Part shown: piece after piece, positions 1 to 8,655 of the stretch
Layout: every line of letters begins with the position of its first letter
Position numbering within the stretch: the first letter of the stretch is position 1
Source of the DNA: an uncultured archaeon
GTDB lineage: Archaea > Asgardarchaeota > Jordiarchaeia > Jordiarchaeales > Jordiarchaeaceae
Direction: 5' to 3'
NCBI GenBank assembly: GCA_964510585.1
Contig: CAZECW010000032.1
Location: 1 to 24,233 of the forward strand
DNA: 24,233 nt
Made by a program: the position numbers and the translations under genes
The notes under the pieces: model-generated
Database searches by the model: none
What the model was told of the DNA's origin: nothing
Seen by the model: the letters and a program-made list of their open reading frames with translations, nothing else

Positions 1-134
1 GCGTCTTGTTTAGCCTCTTAAGCCCAAGCCAAACCCTTCAGCTACCAACAACTATTTATATACCATACTTTCAAATAAACTTTCTGGCGATTCATCCCCA
101 CGACTAAAGTCGGGGGCTTTCTCGCCAAGGTTTT
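1..134 (-). mobile_element. Left end of an IS200/IS605-family (IS608-like) element; body lies beyond the window start
   Basis: Minus strand reads TTAC (135-138) | AAAACCTTGGCGAG AAAG (117-120) CCCCCGACT-TT-AGTCG-T-GGGG (96-116). Target tetranucleotide, AAAG guide and bulged hairpin follow the IS608 left-end layout as recalled. A related end is at 13335-13379. Confidence 0.8.
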
Positions 135-440
135 GTAAGAAGATTCGGCCTCTAAAAGCAAGTTCAAATACCCCCGAAAAAGATACGGCAAAGTAACCAT
201 TCTGATTCCAATTTTCAAACGAGAATAAAAGCATCATAGCAAAGGCATTTACCTAAAACATGCAATTGATTGTTGTCACTTAGACCTATTTTTATTACTA
301 CTTGCTGTCCCATTTCCCTAAAAACCAATTACATTTATTAATTCCAACTACTTTCATCATGTAGTACACCCTAAATCCTAACTAAATCATTGGATGTAGG
401 GGTACGGAGTTTAGGTGTAACTAAGAGGAGGTTATGTAAA

Positions 441-812
441 TTGTCGGAGGAGTTTTCTCTAGTTAAAATCAATAGAGTGAAGGATCCCAAAAAATTGACG
501 GATATGGAAAAGAAACATACTCCAGTAATTAATGCGCCGGACAGCGTGAAGTCTAAAGAGCCTTTCACAGTTTCGATTAAGATTGGAGGAATCGACGGCG
601 TTGAGCACCCCAATATTCTCGGCCACTGGATAAACTGGCTGGAGCTATACGCAGGAGAAAGATTTTTGGGAAGAACGGAGTTTGCACCCACAGTTTCCAC
701 TCCAGAAACAACGTTCCACATAATTCTGGAGGGCCCTGCCGAACTAAGGGTAATCGAGTACTGTAATCTTCACGGCCTATGGGAGTCAAAGAAAAAAATT
801 GATGTAAAGTAA
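441..812 (+). CDS. sor: Superoxide reductase (1Fe-SOR / neelaredoxin, class II SORL)
   Basis: Iron ligands present: EKKH, HP-x4-H (EHPNILGHW), CNLHG. Start moved from 390 to TTG at 441 because GAGGAGG lies at 425-431. Confidence 0.93.
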   Translation: MSEEFSLVKINRVKDPKKLTDMEKKHTPVINAPDSVKSKEPFTVSIKIGGIDGVEHPNILGHWINWLELYAGERFLGRTEFAPTVSTPETTFHIILEGPAELRVIEYCNLHGLWESKKKIDVK

Positions 813-960
813 TACAAAACCCTTAGAGGAATAACAAAGTTTTTTTATCTCACTTTTTTCTACATTTTTAGTACCTTTAATTGGGAAAAGACAGATCCCT
901 TCGTTATAATTCATAGATGGTGATTATTATTTATTTTATGGTTGCTCTGGTTCTGCTGTC

Positions 961-2298
961 TTAAAGATTTACTGAATATTTCTGGAGTTGTTGTTCAGTT
1001 ATCATATTTCTTTTTATAATGTTTCGGTAGAGGTAGGCGCTAGGTCTTGGTATTCTTTCCAAAGTGTTGTAGTTGACTTCTACGAGTCCGAATCTCTTTG
1101 CGAAGCCCTCAGCCCACTCAAAGTTATCCATCAGAGACCAGTATATATATCCCTTAACCTCTAATCCGTCGCGGATTGCTCTGTGTAGTTGGTAGAGGTG
1201 CCTTATAATGTATCGACAGCGCTGTTCATCGTTCAGTGTGGCTATGCCGTTCTCAGTTACGTAGACTGGTTTTTTGTATTTTTTAACGGACATTAGGCTA
1301 TGATAGAAGCCTTCTGGGTAAACCTCCCAGCCCATATCCGTGGTTTCTGCTCCCTCGGGAATAAATTGTGTCAGTGTTGCCTGTTCATCTTCCTTAAGTT
1401 CAACTTGGGGGGTTGCCAGTATTCTTGTGTACCAGTTTACTCCAATGAAGTCCCACGAATTTTCCAGGTAATCCAGTTTTTCACCATTCCCGAAGGGTGG
1501 CGCAACAACACCTGTGTGGATTCCTTCAAGATACCAGCGGTTGACAATATCATCCATGAGTTTAGCCTGTTTAACATCCTCCTCTGAATTAGGGTTTAAT
1601 GGAGCAAAATAGGGAATCTGCTTCACTATTCCAACCTGAGGCTTAATCTTGAACCCTCTATCCTCCACAGTTTCGTGTATTGCACGGTAACATTTTCCAT
1701 GGGCCATAAGCAGGTGTTTTCCCACCGTGAAAAATTCAGCCAAATCTCTTTTGCATGGAGGATGAATTCCCAAAAGATATCCCATCACTGCGACCATCAT
1801 GGGCTCATTAATGGTGTTATAGAAGGGTATCAAATCTCCCAAGGTTTCCACCACAGTTCTAGTATACCGCTCAAATAGATCTACAGACTTTGGATTGAGC
1901 CAGCCTCCCTTATCCTGCATCCAAATAGGATTAGTGAAGTGGTGCAGAGTAACCATGGGAGTAATTTTACGGTCTAAAAGAGCCTCAACCACATTGCGGT
2001 AGTGTTCTATTTCTTTCTCGCTCCAAATGCCCTCCTTGGGCTCTATGCGGCTCCACTCTATGGAGAAGCGGTGAACGTTGTGGCCCAGCTCTCTGACTAG
2101 CTCGAAGTCCTTTTCATACAGATTATAATGGTCGCAGGCACGTCCAGAAACTGAACCATCTTTGATATGTCCACCTTCCTGCTCCCAAGCCCACCAGTGA
2201 TTATTAGTGTTGTTGCCCTCGACCTGGTGAGCCGATGTCGCAGCGCCCCAAAGGAAACCCTGAGGAAACACAATTTCTTTTAAATCCTTCTTAGACAT
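961..2298 (-). CDS. Glycoside hydrolase family 1 (beta-glucosidase/galactosidase)
   Basis: FLWGAATSAHQVEG N-terminus, TINEP acid/base, VTENG nucleophile, WSLMDNFEWAEG and RFGL motifs; 445 aa. Confidence 0.96.
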   Translation of the reverse strand: MSKKDLKEIVFPQGFLWGAATSAHQVEGNNTNNHWWAWEQEGGHIKDGSVSGRACDHYNLYEKDFELVRELGHNVHRFSIEWSRIEPKEGIWSEKEIEHYRNVVEALLDRKITPMVTLHHFTNPIWMQDKGGWLNPKSVDLFERYTRTVVETLGDLIPFYNTINEPMMVAVMGYLLGIHPPCKRDLAEFFTVGKHLLMAHGKCYRAIHETVEDRGFKIKPQVGIVKQIPYFAPLNPNSEEDVKQAKLMDDIVNRWYLEGIHTGVVAPPFGNGEKLDYLENSWDFIGVNWYTRILATPQVELKEDEQATLTQFIPEGAETTDMGWEVYPEGFYHSLMSVKKYKKPVYVTENGIATLNDEQRCRYIIRHLYQLHRAIRDGLEVKGYIYWSLMDNFEWAEGFAKRFGLVEVNYNTLERIPRPSAYLYRNIIKRNMITEQQLQKYSVNL

Positions 2299-2568
2299 CT
2301 TAATTCCACCATTTAGCGTAAAGGTTACTGTAAGCCGTCAAACTCGACTTCTGGAGGGTATGATAATTTGACAATAGGCAAATTTAAATTTTTAGTCTAC
2401 TCATAACTCGGTTTCTAATTTTTTAAAACTTCCCAATTGAAGGAAGGAAGGTCTTCAAAGTTATGTAGAGATAGTAGAAAATTAAGGAGGGAGAAGAAAA
2501 TGTAGAGACAAAAATTGCCGAAGTGGTGTCACTAGTTTGACTGTGGATTCATTTTTAGAGGTTGGGAT

Positions 2569-3426
2569 TTAGCGTTGGTTCTCAGATTTTGTTCTTAGGT
2601 GTGGTAGATTCCAGTAGGGAGTGTGCATGTATTGTTTGTAGTTTTCTCTTTTTAGAAAGTTGATTGACATTTTGGTGAGAGTCTCTATTGTGTATTTTAG
2701 CATTAGTTTACCGAGTTGTTTTGATGATTGGGCGGGATAGCCAAAGTGTCCTAATCCTTTTCCGTATTTGTCAGCTGCTTTTCGGTCTAAGAGTTTAATT
2801 ACATCCACCTCTACTGGTTCACATTTTCTATAATCCTTGACTAATTCTGGATTAATGTTTAGCATCATTGAAGTTTCCATATAACCGGCATGCCAGTCCT
2901 TTGGAAACCTTCCCACCATTTGTAGTATTTCTTCTGGTGCGTCTTGAGTACGGGAGCTAAATATTTGCGATAAACAGTATCCCATCGGGGGGAAGATGAT
3001 GTCCCCATACTTCTTGTTTAATTCTTCGCAGGCTTCTTCGATTGCCACAGCGAAGGTTGGAGCTCCATGGCACCCGAAGACTATTATGTGCTTGAAACCA
3101 TAGATGGCTAGGGATTCACCTAACTCGAAAATTATGTTCTTAACTGTCTCCTGCCCGAACTCAACAGTGCCCGTCTTATCCATAGTGCCTGTCCCTACAG
3201 GTATGGGAGGATACCTCAGAACATTGAGATCAGCAATATTCTCTTTTATTTTTTTACCGACACTCTCCACTATAAATATGCACTCGAAAAAGTCGGTACC
3301 CAGAGGCAGGTGGTGCCCGTGCTGCTCTATTGGTGCCACAGCCACTAGTATAACTGTTTTATCCCTATCAAGGGAGTTCAGCTCTACCCAAGTCATGTTC
3401 TCGTATGGAATAATTATGGATGACAT
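2569..3426 (-). CDS. Creatininase-family amidohydrolase (creatininase/ArfB/MftE fold), substrate unknown
   Basis: Metal and catalytic motifs EQHG, LPLGTD, GCHG and HAGYMETS; 285 aa. Confidence 0.9.
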   Translation of the reverse strand: MSSIIIPYENMTWVELNSLDRDKTVILVAVAPIEQHGHHLPLGTDFFECIFIVESVGKKIKENIADLNVLRYPPIPVGTGTMDKTGTVEFGQETVKNIIFELGESLAIYGFKHIIVFGCHGAPTFAVAIEEACEELNKKYGDIIFPPMGYCLSQIFSSRTQDAPEEILQMVGRFPKDWHAGYMETSMMLNINPELVKDYRKCEPVEVDVIKLLDRKAADKYGKGLGHFGYPAQSSKQLGKLMLKYTIETLTKMSINFLKRENYKQYMHTPYWNLPHLRTKSENQR

Positions 3427-3871
3427 AAATCTCGAGAAACAACAAATTTACTTATTCTTTTCCCCATTTGGAGCACAATTTAGCAGGAATTATTTCTGAT
3501 TAAGCTAGCAAGGAATGTTTTATTCAAATTTCATAATAGATTCCTTGGTGGTAGAATAATATCTTTGGGGTATCCTTGTTGTAATCGAAAAACAGAACAC
3601 ATAACACACCAAAAGGTATGACTAACATATATGACTGAAGTGAGGTGATATTAGAAATTTTTGGGTAGTGTTCCGATTACGAATCACAAGAATGAGGTTC
3701 GGACTTAGCGACACCTTTTTGAATGAATTTCCGTTTCGAGGAGCTGTTTTTCCATTTGGTTGGTGGTGGGTACCATAAAAAATTCTGTATCACTTTAGGT
3801 GTTTATTGTTAGGTTTCTACAAGTAAAGGAAAAAAATGTCTAATATCTAGAGGAGGTTGGCTCTTGGAGCT

Positions 3872-4312
3872 TTAAAATCCTCCGGGTCTTATTATGGCCG
3901 TTGTTACTACTTTTCCAACCAGTGTGTCATCTTGTTTTTTTATTGGTATGTCGAACACCATAAAGAGCATATTGTTCTTTATGTAAATGTCTATCACTTC
4001 TACTTGGGATACAAGGACATCTCCGGGTTTTATTGGTTGATAGTACTCGTATCTCTGACCACCGTGAAGAAGCTTTGTCAAATCTTTTATTATCCCCTCT
4101 TCGGCCAGTTTCCCAGCCCCGTAGAATGAAGGAAGGAAAATCACGGAGAGAAAGGAGGGTGGTGCAATAATCTTTGAATCGTCAGGGTCCGTGTATTCCG
4201 GCTTGAGGTCACCGGTTGCTTTAGCATAGGCCCTTATTGCCTCTGCCGTTACTTCATACTTTTGAGGCGCGAACCTGTAACCGATAAACTTCTTATATTT
4301 ATCTTCGCTCAA
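3872..4312 (-). CDS. MaoC/FAS1-like hotdog-fold dehydratase N-terminal-type protein
   Basis: AIRAYAKATGD, IAPPSF and LLHGGQRYEYYQPIKPGD motifs; TTG start preceded by GGTGA. Confidence 0.85.
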   Translation of the reverse strand: MSEDKYKKFIGYRFAPQKYEVTAEAIRAYAKATGDLKPEYTDPDDSKIIAPPSFLSVIFLPSFYGAGKLAEEGIIKDLTKLLHGGQRYEYYQPIKPGDVLVSQVEVIDIYIKNNMLFMVFDIPIKKQDDTLVGKVVTTAIIRPGGF

Positions 4313-4831
4313 AAAATCACCTATTTCCTTTTTTTAAATTTTCTATATAAAAAGTTTTTTGGAATTTAAAGGATCGGATAGTAGTGGGTTTTGTTTTTTA
4401 CGTAGACTAAATTTGATTCTCCTATTGAGATTCCCCGTGGCTCTAGGTCTAATGTGATTAAGTTAAGACGCTGGAGTGGCGTATTTTTTGTTGGTTTTTC
4501 ACCTCCGGGGAGGAAACTTTTAACAGAGCCTCCTTTTAGAGTTGTAACCTAAAAATGGGGGATAAAAATCTATACCCTACACCCCTTCGCATGTATAAGA
4601 AAAGAATTAGGACATAACTTAATGACATTGGTTTTTATGTTGGAGGATTCTTTGAAGCTCATATTTTTGAGCCTGCAATGGATGTTATCATCACTCAGTT
4701 TGTGTGCTCTCCATTATTGAGACGACACATACATTTTAGGGATAATGGTTTTGGTGTCGAATGCCTTTTCATCGTTCCAACAAGGATACCTATAAGTTTA
4801 TTAGCACATCATCTTATTTCAGGTTCCTTTG

Positions 4832-4865
4832 GTGACTCACCGCCTAACTGAAGTTAGGGGTTATC
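4832..4865 (-). mobile_element. Probable decayed solo right end of an IS200/IS605-type element
   Basis: Minus strand GATAA CCCCTAAC-TTCA-GTTAGG CGG TGAG TCAC parallels the right end at 13043-13076 (same loop type, compensatory stem, terminal TCAN). The guide tetranucleotide is not canonical and no left end was found. Confidence 0.4.
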
Positions 4866-4973
4866 TCATCAAACCAACACACGCTTGAAGTGTTTCAGAT
4901 AAATTATGAAGGTACATTTTAATAGTAAATATTTTAAAAAGACTCTAGCAAAATGTTTTTGAGGTGTATTATT

Positions 4974-5264
4974 GTGAAGGGAGAAATTGGTTTCCCTCTA
5001 CTTGTTGGAACAATAGTTATTTTGGGATTAACAACCATCCTCTGCCTTATCCTCGTGCAAAACGTCCAAATAGTAACCTTCCTAGTATATTTGGAAACAG
5101 TGTCTGGAATAGGCTTGCAAGACCTCCTTGCAAGCTCAAACATTGTAAATACTTTGAATGCCTTCGGCGGGCCGTTATCTCTGGGAATAAGTCTTTTGGA
5201 CGTGTTCTCACCTTACTGGTGGCTCAAGTACCACATTATAGTCTACCTACTACTCACCCTATGA
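4974..5264 (+). CDS. Small hypothetical membrane protein (about 96 aa)
   Basis: Hydrophobic ORF; GAGGTG at 4961-4966 before GTG 4974; followed by a CTCCCTTATCTTTTTT terminator-like tract. No family recognised. Confidence 0.5.
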   Translation: MKGEIGFPLLVGTIVILGLTTILCLILVQNVQIVTFLVYLETVSGIGLQDLLASSNIVNTLNAFGGPLSLGISLLDVFSPYWWLKYHIIVYLLLTL

Positions 5265-5280
5265 AAACGTAAAAAATCAA

Positions 5281-5296
5281 CTCCCTTATCTTTTTT
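5281..5296 (+). terminator. C-rich plus T-tract terminator
   Basis: CTCCCTTATCTTTTTT just after the stop at 5264; same style as other gene ends here. Confidence 0.45.
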
Positions 5297-5411
5297 GAAC
5301 CAATCACTTTGAAAAAATTCTACACAAAGTTTCAGAATTCTATGTGACAAGATTTTCTCTTAGCTTCCTTCGGCCCATTAATTTCTCTGTTAACTTTTTA
5401 AAAATAGTTTA

Positions 5412-5441
5412 TCCTTATTCGAAAAATTTTGGGAATAAGGA
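5412..5441. promoter_or_regulatory. Inverted repeat, candidate operator upstream of the acyl-CoA ligase
   Basis: TCCTTATTC-(GAAAAATTTTGG)-GAATAAGGA: perfect 9-bp arms, about 40 bp upstream of TATA-like TTTAATATA (5479-5487). Confidence 0.4.
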
Positions 5442-5536
5442 CTTCTGAACTCCATCATTTTGGGATTCTAACAGACAATTTAATATATGAGTTTATCAAA
5501 TAAATTTGTAAAAAATCTAAAAATGGGAGTGGTTTT

Positions 5537-7159
5537 ATGGCATATAAGTATCCCCTACTATATAAGCACATACTGGAAAACTGTTCAAAAGTATATCCTA
5601 ACTCCGAAATTGTGTATAGGGACACCCTCAGATTCACTTACAAGGAGATGGACAGGAGGGCAAGAAAAACTTCAAACATGCTGGCAGAACTAGGAGTAAA
5701 AGAGGGAGACAAAGTAGTATGTTTTGACTGGAATACTTACCAGTTCTTTGATCTTTATTGGGGCGTCCCATGTATGGGCGCTGTTCTACATGAGGGAAAC
5801 CCCAGACTCTCCATAGCAGAAGCCGAATACGTAGTAAACCACGCAGAAGACAAAGTACTACTCTTCAACCAGGACTTCCTACCATTAATAGAAGCAATAG
5901 CTCCCAAACTGAAAACTGTTGAACACTACATAGTCATAAACGACACCAAAGAAATTCCAGAAACCAAACTTGAACCCATATACAACTACAATGAACTCCA
6001 TCAATCCGCATCGGCGGATTACGAGTATCCCGACCTAGACGAAAACACAATAGCCACCATGTGTTACACAACAGGAACCACAGGCCTGCCGAAAGGCTGC
6101 GTCTTCTCACAAAGGCAAGGAGTGTTACATACTCTTGTACAATCCGCCGCTTCGGGAGCCTACTGGGGCATAGGGATGGAAGACGTTCTGCTACACGTAA
6201 CTCCACTATTCCACGCACACGCTTGGGGATTACCCTATTCATGTGCACTCTTCGGAATGAAACAAGTACTCCCAGGAAGATACGATCCCGCAATGATGGT
6301 AAACCTAATAGTAAAAGAGAAATGCACCGTATCGGCATTCGTACCAACACTACTTGTGCTTATGATGTGGGCGCCCAACTTTAAAGAAGCCATACCCCAA
6401 CTAAAGGGATTCAAATGCTTCATTGGAGGATCAGCTCTACCCAGAGGACTTGCAGAACAAGGTTGGGAATACGGAATGAAAATATTCGCCGCATATGGCC
6501 TAACAGAAAGCTTCCCACTACTCACAGAAGCATTCATCAGGCCCGAACATAAAGATTTACCCAAAGATGAAAAAATCACAAGATGGATCACAGCCGGGTT
6601 ACCAGTGCCACTAGTTCACCTTAGAGTTGTGGATGAGAATATGAATGATGTCCCAGCCGACAACAAAACAATGGGCGAAATAGTGGTAAGAGCACCCTGG
6701 CTTACCATGGAATACTACAAGGAGCCTGAAAAAACAGCGGAGCTGTGGAGAGGAGGATGGATGCACACCGGAGACATAGCCACCATCGATAGTGAAGGCT
6801 ACATTCACATAAGGGACAGAACCAAAGACGTAATAAAAAGCGGAGGCGAATGGATATCCACACTCACCCTAGAGGACGTAGCCAGCCTACACCCAGCCGT
6901 AATGGAGGCCTGCGTCGTAGGAGTCAAACACCCAAAGTGGGACGAGAGACCACTTGTCATAATTGTACCAAAACCAGAGTACAAAGGCAAAGTAACTGAA
7001 CAAGAAATTCTAGAGCACTTCAAGAAGTACCCTGAAAGAGTGCCGAAATGGTGGCTTCCCGACAAGGTCATATTCGTGGACTCGCTTCCAAAAACCAGTG
7101 TGGGCAAATTCAACAAGAAAGTTCTAAGAGACCAGTATAAGGACATTCTCATGGGCTAA
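5537..7159 (+). CDS. Medium/long-chain fatty acid-CoA ligase (AlkK/DmdB-like adenylate-forming enzyme)
   Basis: YTTGTTGLPKG AMP-binding loop, AYGLTE, WMHTGD, IRDRTKDVIKSGGEW and LPKTSVGK (A10 Lys); 540 aa. Confidence 0.95.
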   Translation: MAYKYPLLYKHILENCSKVYPNSEIVYRDTLRFTYKEMDRRARKTSNMLAELGVKEGDKVVCFDWNTYQFFDLYWGVPCMGAVLHEGNPRLSIAEAEYVVNHAEDKVLLFNQDFLPLIEAIAPKLKTVEHYIVINDTKEIPETKLEPIYNYNELHQSASADYEYPDLDENTIATMCYTTGTTGLPKGCVFSQRQGVLHTLVQSAASGAYWGIGMEDVLLHVTPLFHAHAWGLPYSCALFGMKQVLPGRYDPAMMVNLIVKEKCTVSAFVPTLLVLMMWAPNFKEAIPQLKGFKCFIGGSALPRGLAEQGWEYGMKIFAAYGLTESFPLLTEAFIRPEHKDLPKDEKITRWITAGLPVPLVHLRVVDENMNDVPADNKTMGEIVVRAPWLTMEYYKEPEKTAELWRGGWMHTGDIATIDSEGYIHIRDRTKDVIKSGGEWISTLTLEDVASLHPAVMEACVVGVKHPKWDERPLVIIVPKPEYKGKVTEQEILEHFKKYPERVPKWWLPDKVIFVDSLPKTSVGKFNKKVLRDQYKDILMG

Positions 7160-7167
7160 AAGCCATC

Positions 7168-7188
7168 ACCCTCAATTTTTCTTTTTTT
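7168..7188 (+). terminator. C-rich plus T-tract terminator
   Basis: ACCCTCAATTTTTCTTTTTTT immediately after the ligase stop. Confidence 0.55.
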
Positions 7189-7290
7189 AAACTCATTTTA
7201 GCCAACTAGCTCATTCCCAAGGATCTTAATGGAAACATATTTTCAGATCCTGAAAATTCGAAATTTATTAATGTACGGGAGAAACAAAAA

Positions 7291-7905
7291 ATGGCTGCTG
7301 GCGAGGGAGTAAGGGACATTGCCAACCAAAAGAGGGAGCTGGAGAAGAAATATTTTATTTCAGGGATTTTGTTTTACTTCCCCTTCACCGCCGTAACTTT
7401 AACCGTGATAGTTTTGTCGACTATTATTTCAAACTTGGTTTATGGAAATCCATTGATAAACCACATATTGTATGGAGAGATCTGGGGAAAAATTCTTTCT
7501 TCCATAATTTTAATAGCGTCCATAATTGGAGCATTCTTATGTGGACTCGTAAAATATCGGAAGAGGATATTCTGGAAAACCCCGCCCTATGTGAGCAAAA
7601 AGTTAAACGCAGTTTTTAATGTTGGTTTAGTTTGGATGTTTATGAGTGGGGTATACTTTATAACACATTTTTTGAATTTTCTTTCCGATTTCGGCACATA
7701 CACTAGTTATAGCCTGTTTAACGGCTATGCCCACTATTTAACAGGAGATTTTGGGTTTGCACTTAATTATTCCATTACTTTCCCCATGGTGCAGTCAGAA
7801 GTGGGAAATTGGGCGCTCTGGCTGTACGGGATGATTCTACCCCTTTTTGTAGTGTCGATCCTTATGGTAATGGGAGTTTTAGTATATGTGAAATACAAAA
7901 AGTAA
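7291..7905 (+). CDS. Hypothetical integral membrane protein
   Basis: 204-aa ORF with about 4 hydrophobic segments and a basic C-terminus; no family recognised. Confidence 0.7.
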   Translation: MAAGEGVRDIANQKRELEKKYFISGILFYFPFTAVTLTVIVLSTIISNLVYGNPLINHILYGEIWGKILSSIILIASIIGAFLCGLVKYRKRIFWKTPPYVSKKLNAVFNVGLVWMFMSGVYFITHFLNFLSDFGTYTSYSLFNGYAHYLTGDFGFALNYSITFPMVQSEVGNWALWLYGMILPLFVVSILMVMGVLVYVKYKK

Positions 7906-7950
7906 TGTGTTATGTAGGATGGGATTTTTGGTGAATGGAGGTTTGGTGAA

Positions 7951-8637
7951 TTGTTGATTGGTGACGATTTGGATTTGCAGAAAGCATACAGGAGAATCAT
8001 CATTGCATCCGCCCCCATTGGGGCGCTTTGTATCTCTGTTTATTTAATTTATGTGTGGTTGGCGTTTCTAACTCTTTTTAAAATTCCGATAGGTTGCATT
8101 CCTTACTTTTTTGGCACGCCGCTTGGACTCACAAACCCCCTAGGGATACTGTGGCGTATTGAAATCAAAAATTTCTTTGTGGGACTCTACATCTCACCAT
8201 TTACTTATCCAATAGTTTTGTTTAGGGTGAATACCACAATGGAGTTCGTATTGTTAGCACTGTTTTTTGTTACTTTTGCCCTGCTTTTAATTAGGTGGCC
8301 GGTTAATTTCCTAATTTTTCGCTTGGCGAAGGAGGCAGAATTTAGTACATTAATGGTCACTTTTAGGAGCTGGAGGCTGCCTCCCTCCAACCGTTACAAG
8401 ACCTATGGTGAAGCGAAAAACAGAATAAGACAGATAATCAAGAATGGCTCAATAAAAGAGAAGTCAGCGGTTTTCATGATGTACGCATGTGGTTTCCTCT
8501 TTTTCATTTTTTTAGTAGTGTATTTGTTTAACCTATCTGGGATTTTGCCTATTAGCCTGAGTTTCAACTTTGTTCTCATATCCGTCCTTCTGTTTTTACT
8601 GTTCTGCCAATGGTTTGTTTGGAAAACCATTAGATGA
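7951..8637 (+). CDS. Hypothetical integral membrane protein
   Basis: 228-aa ORF with several hydrophobic segments; GGAGGT at 7937-7942 before a TTG start; no family recognised. Confidence 0.7.
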   Translation: MLIGDDLDLQKAYRRIIIASAPIGALCISVYLIYVWLAFLTLFKIPIGCIPYFFGTPLGLTNPLGILWRIEIKNFFVGLYISPFTYPIVLFRVNTTMEFVLLALFFVTFALLLIRWPVNFLIFRLAKEAEFSTLMVTFRSWRLPPSNRYKTYGEAKNRIRQIIKNGSIKEKSAVFMMYACGFLFFIFLVVYLFNLSGILPISLSFNFVLISVLLFLLFCQWFVWKTIR

Positions 8638-8655
8638 GACACAGATGACGTCTTT

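Noticed and set aside
52-237. 61-aa minus-strand ORF
   Set aside because: Runs across the IS left-end hairpin and target site; no recognisable protein features.
371-789. Minus-strand ORFs 371-721 and 577-789
   Set aside because: Antisense shadows of the superoxide reductase gene.
4650-4694. Minus-strand peptide ITSIAG...ASK suggesting a short-chain dehydrogenase remnant
   Set aside because: Spacing to the YxxxK position is too short, it contains a stop, and no other SDR motifs flank it.
4964-5272. 102-aa alternative-frame ORF
   Set aside because: Overlaps the membrane-protein frame, which has the better ribosome-binding site and a coherent hydrophobic profile.
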